A DNA stretch of 64,000 nt. Source: Octopus sinensis. Lineage: Eukaryota. The stretch covers positions 88,226,001 through 88,290,000 of the forward strand of contig NC_042999.1 of NCBI RefSeq assembly GCF_006345805.1, given 5' to 3'. Below, in pieces: positions 1 to 12,881 of the stretch (its first letter is position 1; each line of letters opens with the position of its first letter). The notes beneath the pieces were generated by a model that was not told the origin of the DNA, made no database searches, and worked only from the letters and a program-made list of their open reading frames with translations. The translations under genes were made by a program, and so were the position numbers.

Positions 1-644
1 GCACACCTCTCAACTGAATAAAAGAATTTAGTTATCTACGTAGTAAAATCTCAAGCTGCGAAAACGACCCAAAAATTGTTAAAGCCTGGAGCGCTATCGA
101 CAAGTTACCTCTAGAATAGAAATCTAGACTTCTAGATAGCATGAGAAGGAACCTATTTAAAGCAACTGCTATCTTTGTTCTGTGGTATGGTTGTCCACGG
201 AACTTTACCTCAAAATGGCAAGGAAATTGTATGGAGCCTGTACACGAGTGCTAGGAGAGGCTTTGAATGTCGTCTGGATAGATCGCCTAACCACTGGGCG
301 TTTAGATAATTTCGTCTAGTATCAGATATAATAAAAGTGTGTAGTTTCAGACATCATATGGAAAACTTCATCTGGTATCAGACGTCATCAAAGAGCGTAG
401 AGCCAGATTCGCAGGATACTGCTGGAGAGCTAAAATCGAAGTTGTTGTTGAAGTTCTTTTATGGGAGCCTACGCAAGGAAGAGCTAGCAGAAGACGACAA
501 TCTAAGATCTATTACATATGAAGCAGATTTGTAACGTCATAAAATACAATTCTTCTGGCCTACCGAATATGAAAAATAATAAAAATGAATTGCGATAGAG
601 AGTCATGGGAATCCGTGCTAGCAGTGCGACCAGATGATGATGAG
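1..644 (+). mobile_element. 3' end of an RTE-clade (RTEX-like) LINE, decayed, ending in a (GAT)n tail
   Basis: Frameshifted translation YLRSKISSCEND..KAWSAIDKL..LFKATAIFVLWYGC..SDVIKERRARFAGYCWRAK.EVLLWEPTQGR matches the RTE/RTEX ORF C-terminus (YLGS..KAW..VESVLLYG..RRLRFAGHCWR..LLWEP.HG). GATGATGATGAG tail at 633-644. Confidence 0.8.
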
Positions 645-814
645 ATAGAAATGATCTTTCTTTTTTTTTTGTGAAGTTTTTTGAAAAGAACAATTCATAT
701 GAAACTGACGGATCACTCAATACGTATTTATGAATTTTTACAAGGAAATGGTTAACAGAGATTTCGAATTTTCAGCTTATGGACCATAACATAGTACATC
801 ACCACTCTATGCAA

Positions 815-1129
815 AAGACCGAAATTTTGGGGAAGGGGGCCAGTCGATTAGATCGACCCCAGTGCGCAAATGTTACTTAATCCATCGACCCCCGAAAAGA
901 TGAAAGGCAAAGTCGACCTCGGCGAAATTTGAACTCAGAACGTAAAGACAGACGAAATACCTATTTCTTTACTACCTACAAGGGGCTAAACACAGAGGGG
1001 ACAAACAAGGACAGACAAACGGATTAAGTCGATTACATCGACCCGAGTGCGTAACTCAGAATGTAATGGCAGACGAAATACTGCTAAGCATTTCGACCGG
1101 CGTGCTAACATTTCTGCCAGCTCGCCGCC
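815..1129 (-). mobile_element. tRNA-derived SINE, family A (composite of two partial copies)
   Basis: Minus-strand head GGCGGCGAGCTGGCAGAAATGTTAGCACGCCGG with box A/B-like TTCTGAGTT(CAAA). The body is repeated elsewhere in the window (42745-42948, 47039-47240, 57655-57800, 59175-59385). Confidence 0.85.
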
Positions 1130-1645
1130 TTACCTCGTTTACATGTATGCCTAATCAAACCCAAACGATAAACTTCCTTTGTCAAACCATAGAAACTGTC
1201 TCCTTCATCCTTTCCTCTCAGCAAACTCTCTAAGACAAATACTGTCCACCTGACTTTCTCTCTGATCCCTTTACTGCATAATCATTTTTTATCTGCTTAC
1301 ACTACACGTGATTAATATTTACGTTCCACCAAACAAATCACGCATGAAAAAATAATGAAACCTGAAAGGCTAAAGTAAACCAAGGTTTAATGATGTCTTG
1401 TAATCCGACAGTTCAACGTTTCTACCAGCCTTCAAATTTTCGACACACACACAAACACACATTTATATATACATGTGTGTGTGTGTGGTGTGTGTGTGTG
1501 GTGTGTGTGTGTGGTGTGTGTATTTCGCTTAGGCACTGTGAGATTAACAATCTAGTGTAGAACTCAATATACATATGTTTCAGAATAAAGTGCCCGATGA
1601 GTAGATAGCAGTAATAAAAAATGAGATGATACCGATAAATATACA

Positions 1646-2469
1646 CCCACGAGAGTGGGCTGAAAATTTATAGGCTGATAGGCTAACGATGAAGGAACGA
1701 TGCTAAAGCTGTGAAATCTTGCGTGCAATAATTTCAATACACTTATTAATAGCTATACTTTTTCTTTCCAGCTAAACTGACAATTGACTGTTCAAAGAAG
1801 ATTCAAATGTAACTAATAGTGACATCTCTTGAAAATGGACAAAAATTGGCATCGTAGTGTTACCATGTACCTGCAGAGAAGGGCTTTAACCCCAAGCAGA
1901 TTCATGCCGATAGTGTTGCTACATTGGGGTATCACGCTTAATAGTGCAAAAGTGGGCGGCTGAATTACGGGAGGAAAGGAGTCTTGAAGATGACCCAAAA
2001 TCTGGACATTCTGCAACTGCTACCACCGAGGAAAATATTGGTTTTGTTTACCACATGCTGATGGATGACAGACGATTGATCATAAATCAAATAACCAATG
2101 CTATTAGCATATTCCGTGAGAGAGTTGAGTTAATTTTGCAAAATGATCTTGGCATGACGAAGGTTTTTTTCCTCGGTGGGTACCGCTTCTTCTGTCACTT
2201 GATCAAAAGTTCACCAGGCTGAACACATTGCATGAGGCAGATCCAATTGGTTTCGTTGAACGTTTCCTTACTCAGGATGAGTGTTGTGTCCATCATTTTG
2301 AGCCACAGACAGAGGGACGATTCATGCAGCAGAATCACCCTCTCCTCACCTGCTTCAAGAAGGCTAGTTGTTTTATCTGCAGAGACGTTCATGGTTTCAG
2401 GGTTTGGGGTGCAAAATGGCCACACCATCAGTGGAGAGTATTATGCCAACTTACTGAGGCAGTTACGAA
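1646..2469 (+). mobile_element. Mariner transposon, decayed and 3'-truncated at a (TA)n(GA)n microsatellite
   Basis: TIR-like ACGAGAGTGGGCTGAAAATT. ATG at 1835. Fragments QKWAAELREERSLEDDPKSG (HTH), WVP-equivalent region, FLTQDECCVHHFEP (first catalytic D) and GHTISGEYYANLLRQLR, with multiple frameshifts. Confidence 0.92.
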
Positions 2470-2534
<65 letters not shown>

Positions 2535-2880
2535 CATGTATGCATGTATACATACATATATGTTTGTATGTATTCCTGTAAGTATGTATCAAGTATCTAT
2601 CTAATATATAAAAATACTAACGTATAAATTAAAGTCCAAAGATCACACTTAATGTATTGACTATAATATCATTATACAAATATTGATCTTTCACACTAAA
2701 ATATTTCTCTAAATTACTTTAATAAATGGACTATATTATTAACGATATTTACTTAATAGGAAGACTTTCACTGTTGCTTATATATTATCAATGAGATATG
2801 ATCGAAACACTGATTGAAATGTGCTTATATATGTCTGTGTGCGCGTGTGTTTGTACATAAATACATATGTACACCTACAT

Positions 2881-2948
<68 letters not shown>

Positions 2949-3019
2949 ATACATATGCTTTTGTGTAAACTAGTGCCTTTAAGTCCTTCACGTTTACAGA
3001 GAATTGAATGTGTATATAA

Positions 3020-3230
3020 TTATATTGTAGAGTTTCTTTATTATTTACAATGGACGGATAGGTGCCCTCCCTTTGTTTTTTGTTACCACAACATTTCGGC
3101 TGATGTACCCTCCAGCCTTCATCAGGTGTTCTGGTGGAATTTCGAATCCAGCCTTTTATTTGACTAATGGGGTACTCTGTTCTCATTCCTAATGTATTCT
3201 TTTTTTGCTGATGTTTTCCCCAAGTCCCTG
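3020..3230 (-). mobile_element. Penelope-like-element (pLTR)-derived repeat carrying a minimal hammerhead
   Basis: Contains CTGATGA-A-GGCTG..CAGCC-GAAA on the minus strand. Minimal type I hammerheads are characteristic of PLE pseudo-LTRs. No ORF is retained. Confidence 0.6.
3083..3130 (-). ncRNA. Minimal type I hammerhead ribozyme motif
   Basis: Minus strand: AACAC CTGATGA A GGCTG gagggtacat CAGCC GAAA TG TT GTGGT. Perfect 5-bp stem II, stem I CAC/GTG, NUH = GTT. Confidence 0.65.
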
Positions 3231-3854
3231 CCTGAGGGTTAGTAGACTGCGCTCTTATCCACTACACTATAAGTCCGTAGAGTTTATTTCGTTCATTAAA
3301 GACACATAATATTAAATGTTACGTTTACATTTGTCTCCGAATGTTGTGTTGATTTATATTTGGTTGTACGTTATCAGCATCTAATTTATTCTTAAGGCAA
3401 CGGGATTCACTTCTGTGTACTTAATTTTTCTACCCCAAAAATAGATTTTGTTAATATTTATTCAACTCTTGAAACAACAGAACCCACGAATAAATGAGGA
3501 TATAATAAAATTAATTGGTTATTGTAAAGAAATGAAACTCTGGATTGTCTTGACATTGTGTTAATAATTTAATACATATTTTATCCATTTTGAAATAGCT
3601 ATGGGCAAATTTTATTCCAGCATCATACTTTCATACGAGTGATAAGTATATATTTCAGTTTTTCACAGGGCTTAACTTTCCCAATATTTTCAATATGATC
3701 GTTTCTAAAACAAGTATCTAGGGTTGATAAAAATAATGGAAATCCAAATATTTGTAAAAATCGTATGATTTTATATTAGTATTTATGATCACATATACAA
3801 TGCCTTGCTATGGTCAAAGATCTATAAAATGTTACTTGATTATGTTACCATGAA

Positions 3855-4080
3855 AACGCAGCCCGTCTAGGAGTAGCATCAGATATTTTCGACCAGCTAG
3901 AAATGATAGCTTAAATTTCCTCAAATTGTACCATACCGTTTTGAAAATGAAGAAGGCACTAGATATGCATAATACATGCATGTTGCCTAGAAAAAGAAAG
4001 CAGAAACGTTATTGAGTCTGGAGCTTATTAGATTATAGGCTTGCTAAATCATGGTTGGTACGGGATTAAATAACAACAAA
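3855..4080 (-). repeat. Unclassified old interspersed repeat (related copies near 10050-10350, 22990-23230, 24230-24330, 40830-40910, 57870-58030)
   Basis: Shared core resembling CTGCTAGAAATAGCAGCCAAATCTCCCTCAAATCACACC, recognisable in several diverged copies. Confidence 0.45.
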
Positions 4081-4659
4081 ACAACTGTTTACTCAGACGG
4101 AGACGATTGTTTATATTTCATGAATTGCTAAGTACTATCTTAAGTGTTTTCCAAGAGACATACCAATCAGTGTTTTGATCATGGAATCTCATTGATAATA
4201 TATAAGCAATAGTGAATGTGTTCATATTAAGTAAACATTGTTGATACTATAGTCCATTTATTAAAGTAATTTAGAGAAATATTTTAGTGTGAAAGACCAA
4301 TACTTGTGTAATGATATCTTAGTCAATACATTAAGTGTGACCTTTGGACTTATAGCTTGTACTAAGTGTTTTTATGTATATTACTAATATTTTGTAATTC
4401 TTTATCATATTTGTATATCAATAGTTTAAGACAATACTCATACCTTATGCATTGAATTAATGTATTTTATTTATTTCCTGACAATACATTAACGAAAGAA
4501 TTTCTGAGTAGAATACCATTCTCCATGTTTTCTGTGAAGTTCTTCGACATGATAACGATGACTATGATGGCAAATATAGCAATGATGATGATAATTCTTC
4601 AAACTACTGCTTCTGACGATGCTAATGGTGATGACTACAACAACAAAAATAATAATAGC

Positions 4660-4753
4660 TATTATTATTATTATTATTATTATATTATTATTATTATTAT
4701 TATTGTTATTATTGTTATTATTATTATTGTTATTATTATTATTATTATTATTA
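4660..4753. repeat. (ATT)n microsatellite
   Basis: Seen directly. Confidence 0.97.
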
Positions 4754-5954
4754 TGTATTCTCCGCTTGTGGTTCTGATTTCACGGTGAAAATTGTTATGG
4801 CATGAGAGGAGGTGTGAACCCGTAACATAAAGGCCTCATTTATGTCAGTAAAGACTGTTCATGTTTATTGATTGAAAGCGAGAGCTGTTTGAGGTCATGT
4901 GAAATTGGTGAAGGACAAAAGATAAAGAAGAATGATTCTAGGAAGATATAAGGATTGAAACAATGAATCAACATAGCGTGCTGGGTTAACAGAGCAAGAA
5001 TTGGGCTACATTAAAGAGAGAGAATGAAATTAAATATAGAATGCCTCTAGGGAAAATCTTTTGCTGTTCTGGCTAAGTAGAAAGCAGTGACTAGCAGCAA
5101 GTGGCGAAGAGTTGATTGTTAATAATAATGGGCTGCACGATATAACTATAAGTTTGGAGCCATTGATATGCAATCGTTCTATTATGGTATTTTCACCAAT
5201 ACAATAAACGTCATATAAATGTAGTGCTGTCAATAAATAGTTCGCTGTAAAGGCTTGCAAACAACAATCGCAGAATTCCACTGTTACGGTTTACTCTATT
5301 AACTAGACAGATTTAATCTTTAATTGACTCCTATATAGAGGATGTATTGTGGTTTCACATCTGTAGTGGCTTGATAGACAATTATACAGAAGTCACTTGT
5401 TATGTTTGATAGAGCACTCGGTGTATAGTTGACACAGGTAGAAGTGTTCGACTGCAATACAGGGGCCAACTGTTGTAGTGGATTTTCTATTACGTATATA
5501 GCTGACGTATGTTTATAGACAGTTGCATGTACCGTTTATATAACAGCAGTTAAATAACTGGAAAGAGAACATATGTAATGACTGTAATTGTAATGTGAAT
5601 ATGGCATATAAATGTAGAAGTTGGCAGAGTAACAAAACAAATGTTTATACAATCAAAAATAGACTCGTAGAGAGGGAACACTTGTAGTTTAGAAGAAACT
5701 GTTTAAAGAAAACATTTAATAGCTAGGAGTTGTTTGTTGTAAGCTACAGACTTTGATATACATTGTAGAAGCATACATGCACTAGTTTATACATTACGCT
5801 ATGGAAAATGACAGGTTTAGCTCATAAACTATTAAATAGAAGTGAATAGCAATTGCTAAAAGTTTGCCACTAGTAATCTAGAGCCTAAAGTTTCAAACAA
5901 TGTACTTTGTTTTCCAATAGAACAACTTTAAACGTTACATTCTACTTCCTTTTG

Positions 5955-6322
5955 TAGCACGTACGCATACACACATATCGTTTACCTGTTTCAGTTATTG
6001 GACTGCGACCATGCTGGGGCACCACCTTATAGTCTATTTTGCCGGAGTGATCAGTTACGAGAACGTAAGCAAACCAACAGCAGTTGTTGAGCGATAGTAG
6101 GGGTACAAACGCAAAGGTACACTCAATCACTCACACACGCGCGCGTGCGTGCACATATTTATAGGCAGGCTTATTTCAGTTTCCGTCGATAAAGTACACT
6201 CACAAGGCTTTGGTCATCCCATAGCGATAGTTGGAAACACTAGCCCAAAGTGCCACGCATTTGGGCTGAACCTGGAATGATGTGGTTGAGAAGCTAACTT
6301 CTTACCACATACTCATGCCTGC
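5955..6322 (-). mobile_element. tRNA-derived SINE, family B, diverged copy
   Basis: Similar to 32139-32563 (head GGCATGAGTATGGTAAGAAG.., CACTCACAAGGCTTTGGTC, and 3' part CCATGCTGGGGCACCACC). Confidence 0.75.
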
Positions 6323-9300
6323 ACCTATTTATATAATACTTTTGCTGCTATATCCAATCCAATCCTATACACCTATTCTAATGACTAGCATTATATTACC
6401 ATTTAGATATTTAAAATAATTGCTTTTTAGTATTAAAAAAAATGCAGGCGATAAACTACTAAATGATATGCACTTCGTAAACGCTTTGCGAAAAGCCTTG
6501 TCTACCTGATACAAAGAGTTCCTTATAGTTGGTGGTGTGATTTTAATTTCAAGACGTATTTAAAGCTAATAGAATGTAACTGAGGCAGACTAATATTGTC
6601 TTGTCCTTATAGTGGTTTATAGTCTATACAACAACAACAACAGGCTATAACAACAATAACAGATTAGGAATTTTTACTTTATGTTCGACAATAATGTTGA
6701 ATCTAAATTGTACTTTGTGCACAAGGCCAGCTTTGTGGATATGAATTATAGCTGACTGAATAAATCTCAGTATGATATTGATATCGACTATAAAATGTAG
6801 GCAGCCTTAGTTGCACTTAAATTCATAACAGATGGGAGTTTCGGAGCATTGTAAGGAATTAATCCAGTTGACATTGTACTTCTATCTATGACTTATTCTG
6901 AATATCAGCATCTACAGTTGAGAGTCACCTACTGTCTGTCCATATATCACTACACGGAAAAGCAATAAATCTAGTGTTATTTGGACTCCAAACCATGAGC
7001 CAATGGAATTTCGCAAAGTTACCGACCCTGATTCATGTTCACTTCGGAGTGAAAGCTGCACGATTTTTTTTTTTTTTTTTGAGAGAGAGATTCCAGTTTG
7101 AATCTATGGCTACCACTTCATTCTATTAGTTATGATTTTTCGTTTTAACGTTCATGTGTCCACTACGCAGGATACGTCAGGAATCGAAACCGGGTCGTTC
7201 TTTCGCACTGAGAATTCAAATCTTGCATGGCCTCTTGCCTTTCATCACTCTGGAGCAGTGTCCGCAACATAAAAACCAGATATATACTTGAGATGATTAT
7301 TTTCACCATTTCCTTCATAAATAATTAACATGTTTTTCACTGTCTACAGAAATGATTAGTAATGACATATAAGAAGTCGTGACTTTCATTCCTTTCCCAA
7401 ACACATTAACAAAGTGATGCTTGGTAATAAGATAAATGTTAGAAGTAGACTTTTGATGTTCAATGAGGAAAGGCCTTCAAGGAAAGTGACAGTAGGAGAG
7501 TTCTTGAGTTCATTGTTGGCTAGCACCAGAGTAATCATCTGTCATTTTCTCATAAGAAAATTACCTTTAGGCCATTGATAATGCAGAACTTCATTAACGT
7601 AAACTGTCCTTTCGGCAGTTTTTCCTTGATACTAATGAGATAATAACTTCTGTTGAGTTCTCGACTAACTATATGGTAAACTTCTTTTACTGAATTACCA
7701 AACTCAATAAGAATCCTATCTCAATTCGTTTAGTTACAATTTCAAACCCCATTTATTTATCAAGAATATAAGTAATTTTTTCCACATGAACAGAAGATAT
7801 AGATCACAAACAAATGAAATGTTACGAAGGAATGAATGAAAGAAATGAATAGCCTCAAACCCCAACCATTGAAAGTAAATAAGGTTGACTGAGAGAACCA
7901 TTGTAATGTAAATGACAACGATGATGATGGTGGTGATAATAATAAATAGTTGGTGATGTGAAAATACCATATTTTGCGGACAAGCATTTAGGCTGACTGT
8001 TTGGAAAAATAATAGAAATCCTACTGAAAAAATACATAGCTTAAATTGATTTATTATTTACGCTCAAAGCACTAACATTTTAAATGAGAGCAATGATTGT
8101 GTTCGAGTTACGTGTCCTTCTCAAAGAGGAGTCAAATCCACATGATAATACTTGATTTTAAAAAAAACTTATGAATAATGCAGACAATAGACTCATCAGA
8201 ATATGGGGATAACGGAATTTACAGAGCATCAAATATAATGCGTTGTGACAAATAAATTCCCTTTAAAGTACTGAGTTCAATTATTCCCACCCCCGCTTCT
8301 TGGTTGATAGCATAAGTAACGGTCAAATGCTGGGATTGATTTAACTATGTTCCTCCTACTCTAAAATGTCTTCCATAGTGTCTATATATTTAGAGTCCAT
8401 ATTTGCATTTTACGATGGATGTAAATTGTAGAATCAATAGAGCGTCTCCTCACGTTTTATGTTTGAGTTTGAAATCCATCTATGATAAATTAACTTTCCC
8501 CTAATCAGGCAATTTTAGTGTTATACTAAGAAATTATCATTTATTGCCACATAATGCAGGCTCTTTTGATTTATTGCTACTGCATTCCTATCTTTAAAGT
8601 AATTTTTATCTGCTCCGATAAGTCATTTAGCTCTATGAGCACAAGATCCATTTTAGACCAACCAGTTGATAAAGTAAAGAATTGCTTTATTTGTCAAAAG
8701 GGAAGAATTTTACTATCGGGGGTTAAGAATTTCAACTAATTATCAATTTGCTACCCTAAATATTCATTCCTGAAAGGCTGCTGTACATAGAAGGGAAAAT
8801 GACAATGTTAAGGAAAATATTAAGGATGAATGATGAAGAAAATAATAATGATGAATGGTAACTAATCTCAAAAGAACGTCAAGTGATAAAATCATATGAT
8901 GTATTTCGCTTCTGACACATTTTCATGTAAGATCTAGCAGCTATTAGATAACCAATATCTTTGAATTAATAATCATTGATTCTATGCAGTGGAACGTAGA
9001 TTTCCTAAGGGGCTTTTGTCAAGAATTGAAACATTTATTTTATAGACGAATTGTGACAGAGAATGTAATGTTTCAATACTCTCATTAAGCAAAAACAAGA
9101 GATATTTCTCCTTTGTATAAATATTGGGAATAGGTTTTAAAATCAATATTTAATAAAGCTACAGTAATGGGATTTAAGCCTATATAGCTCGTACTTATGT
9201 ATTCTAGTAAGATCTGACTTTAAATCTTCCCAATTAAGCTATTTCTACTTGTATTAGATAGCTCTATGTAATGAGTTTAAAGTCGGAAAAACTGCTTTGC

Positions 9301-11933
9301 AGAAACTATCACACAAAGACCTTTATGTTAAAGAAAATAAGGTAATTAGGGGATCCTGATCTGAGAATGATTATTGCTTTTATATTACTTGTAGCGCTGT
9401 GTATTATTAGAATATTTAAAGCGATTGGCAAAATCTATTGTGGTATTTAGTTATATCAATTTACGCAGTAGAGTTAAAAGAGGACGAGGTAAAGTTTGCG
9501 AATCATCCTTTAGAGACGATAATATAAGTGCCATCGAGTACTTGGATCGATAATCTGACTGTTCTCTCTCACGAAGAAATCAATAAGATTGATCAAAGGT
9601 CAATCAATTTATTCTGTTTATCCGTACAAGTGTGCAGGCTAAATAAATATTAATAATTGCTGTCTTTGAACCGTTAAGAGAATATGAACTCGTAATGGAT
9701 ACATTATTATCCATTCTAAAATATTTTGCCCAATTTGTGAGCGCCTTACATCATCCATGTCGATCATACAGATCATGGAAGATATGCGAAGGTTATAGGC
9801 ACAACCCCTTCCTCCAAACCGAGCTATTAAATTAAATCGATATTCCATGATGCCCATCGAATTGCCTATCGAACCTATTGAGTCTGCCGTAAATTGTTAT
9901 ACAGCAAGGCCAAACAGATACTAAAGAAAAATTTAAGTAAATACTATAATAACAATAAACTATGTTAAATTCACATAAACTGTACAGAATGTATTACTCC
10001 TCTCTAAGATGGTTGCAATCATTTTGATTCCGATTGACAGACTTGAGACATGAGTCAACGTTACATTAGTAAATTTGTCAATAATTACAACTAATAATTC
10101 CTACTGAATCAGAAGCTGCAATTGTAGACTAGATTCTTAAGTCAAAAGCTTGGAGGCTGTGCACAAAAGATTCTTTGACTTGATATCCAAATGTTAGCTA
10201 AATACTAGCAATGCTCTTTTGATTTTGACAAAACGAGGTTAACCATTCTGCTGTGGAAAAAAAACGTCAGAAGTTAAATGATAACAACTGGATATAATGA
10301 TTGTGTGTCCTTCAAGAAAGATAGGCTCAGTTGCAACATAATAGTGAATTGTAATCCAAACACAATCCAAGACTAGCTATACATTTCTTGATAATTTCAG
10401 ATGAGGTTATCTGCAGCAGTAAACACGTAGGTGTGCTGATTAATTGCTCTATCCACATGAAGTGTTGCCTCATCTGACCAATTTATGGAATTAATAAAAT
10501 GAGGATCATTATGAAAGGACATTAATATCTTGTCGCAGAATTGAGCTTAGCGATTTAAATCGTGTTTATTAAGTATTTGTAAGAGTCTAGGGATAAAGTA
10601 GCGTAAATTTAAATCAACTGGAATGGGCCGATATTTAGCTGATATTCTGTTGAGATGAACCACGCGTAAGAGATGGTTGACTAACTGAACATTTCCTTCT
10701 CTTCTGACTTAAACTAGATGATCGAAACAAGGCGCATCTATCAGTAACCACATACCCTCCCCCTTGCTAAACAGCATTTTAATCGTTCTTCTGGTTAGTG
10801 TACCACTCACGAACTCCTTCCCCCATTATTGTTGAATTGAAATTGGATATTGAAATAAATATTCCTGCTTAACAAGGTACGCATGGTTTGCAACGGTGTA
10901 ACATAACTGATTCGTATTTCTGAAATTAAAATGTGTCCAGGCAGCCTTAATTTACATAGTAATATTTTAAAGTAAATTTTATTGGCTATTACAGTTCAAC
11001 TCAATGGTTAGTTTGAAATGTTATTCTATAAGAACTATGACAAACAAGTGTTTCGTTTCATTTACGCTACTAATTCGCTTGGAAAATTAACAGTATCAAA
11101 TCTGAAAGTTATTGAACTGATCGCAATATTTCTCAACACTCATAAATGGCTGAAGTACAACGCTGATACGATTACAATTTATGTTATACATAAGCTCTAT
11201 GGTTTTGGAAAAAGACATGACCGTCAAAATATTTTCTCTTACTCAAAGTTTTATACTATTGCTTTACTTAGTCCAGAAGCAACCAATATTAATAGTGCTT
11301 TTGTTCAATGCAATTTACTTTCATATGTCTAAATTCCAAGTCATAGATTTAACTGGGAAGTGAGAGTTGATTAAATCGACCTAAATATATCTCATCCGGG
11401 TTGTAAGGAAACATAATTGACTACAGCGATATTTGAAGTTTGAACACTATGTCGAATTTTGGATACCATAAAGAATAGCATTGATATTTCAAGACTTTTT
11501 CAAGGTCGATACAAAAGGGCATCTGACAACAGTTTAAAGAATTTATGGTTAGTTCACAGACTCCAGCACTGCAATATATCCGACACTAAAATACTTCAAA
11601 AATATACCACTGGCATTCATTTGTAGTAGACTGCTGTGTCTTTTTGTTGTTGGTTAGAAGGTGAGAGATTTTGGCTGAAGTAAAAAAAAAAAAAAAAGAA
11701 AAAGAAAAGAGACTATCCAGTAGTCCCTGTACAACCCCAATAGTTTATTGGATATGCACACTAAAACCATGACGATTTTAACAAAATTTCCTAACTTTGG
11801 GCACCAATTGTTTTCCTCTTTGATACCACTTACATATGAATATATTATTTTGACGGATTTTCTAAATATAAAAAGTCATATCCCATAACTCAATCGATTT
11901 CGGAGGTACAATTAAAGTAATTGTGTATACTTA

Positions 11934-12049
<116 letters not shown>

Positions 12050-12094
12050 GTGAGTGTATATATGAGATGTATACGAGTAAGTAAAAATTGAGCG

Positions 12095-12780
12095 AAGTAC
12101 TCGGACTTCATCAAGCGTCCAATCATGCAGCCCAGATGTTGGTATGAGTCCTGGCACTGCAAGCATATTGTGGGTCACTGTTTTATTGACTGCAGAGAGT
12201 TCTGAGGTCCAAATTTTCTTTATTCGGCTGTAATATTATTTAGTGACATGTAATTTGTTACAGGTGCCATTGTAAGATATATTTTCATCCGCTTCTAGAT
12301 ATCTGTAACATTCCTTGTCAGATACAGTGGAAACAGTCAAATCATTGATGGAGATGTTACTAGTCTGGTTTATAATTTCCCCCTTTTCACAACCATATAA
12401 CAACATTTATCATGACCAAAATCCAACCCTACATTCTATGAGGATGTTGTAACTAGGTTAAGGCTCTTTTTCATCTCATGCATATTCTTTGCATAAATTT
12501 TTAAGACATCCACAAAGAAACAGTGTGTAATTTTGGTATTTCTGTTTCCTTGTGAACCAGTGAGATATCCTTCAGACTTCCTTAACATGAATGACAAGGC
12601 GTTTACAGAAAGCATCAACAACACAGATGGTACAGATTGGTAAGAAACGGTCGGTAGGTTAGCTTCTTATACCAATATCCAACAATCAAGTCTCTTCCAT
12701 CCTGAAGTTGCAAGTGTTTCACCATCAATATTGTATATCTTGGATGTAACACAGGAACAATGACGTTTTCGGATTTCTTG
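12095..12780 (-). mobile_element. R4/Dong-like non-LTR retrotransposon RT fragment, decayed
   Basis: Minus-strand translations ALSFMLRKSEGYLTGS..NTKITHCFFVDVLKIYAKN and RIKKIWTSELSAVNKTVTHNMLAVPGLIPTSGLHDWT, homologous to 27085-28363. Confidence 0.85.
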
Positions 12781-12803
12781 TATGTATGTAAGTATGTATG
12801 TCA

Positions 12804-12881
12804 GGTCACTTTCGAGTGCTACTGGTAACATGTAACCCAGTACAACCTGTTGCATGATCGGGTCGTCGGCGACTAAACCGG
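12804..12881 (+). ncRNA. HDV-like self-cleaving ribozyme (candidate, slightly decayed)
   Basis: Nested double pseudoknot in the correct order: P1 GGTCAC/ATGATC, P2 CCAGT/ACCGG, P3 ACA/TGC, L3 ACCTGT, P1.1 CC/GG, P4 TCG-TCGG-CGA, J4/2 CTAA. Three mismatches, each a single transition. Confidence 0.55.

Noticed and set aside
7400-7540. Minus-strand peptide LVLANNELKNSPTVTFLEGLSSL with LRR-like spacing
   Set aside because: It is a single short unit with no splice donor before the stop and no neighbouring LRRs.
9639-9857. 72-aa minus-strand ORF in CpG-containing unique DNA
   Set aside because: No recognisable domain or convincing splice sites; the length is expected by chance.
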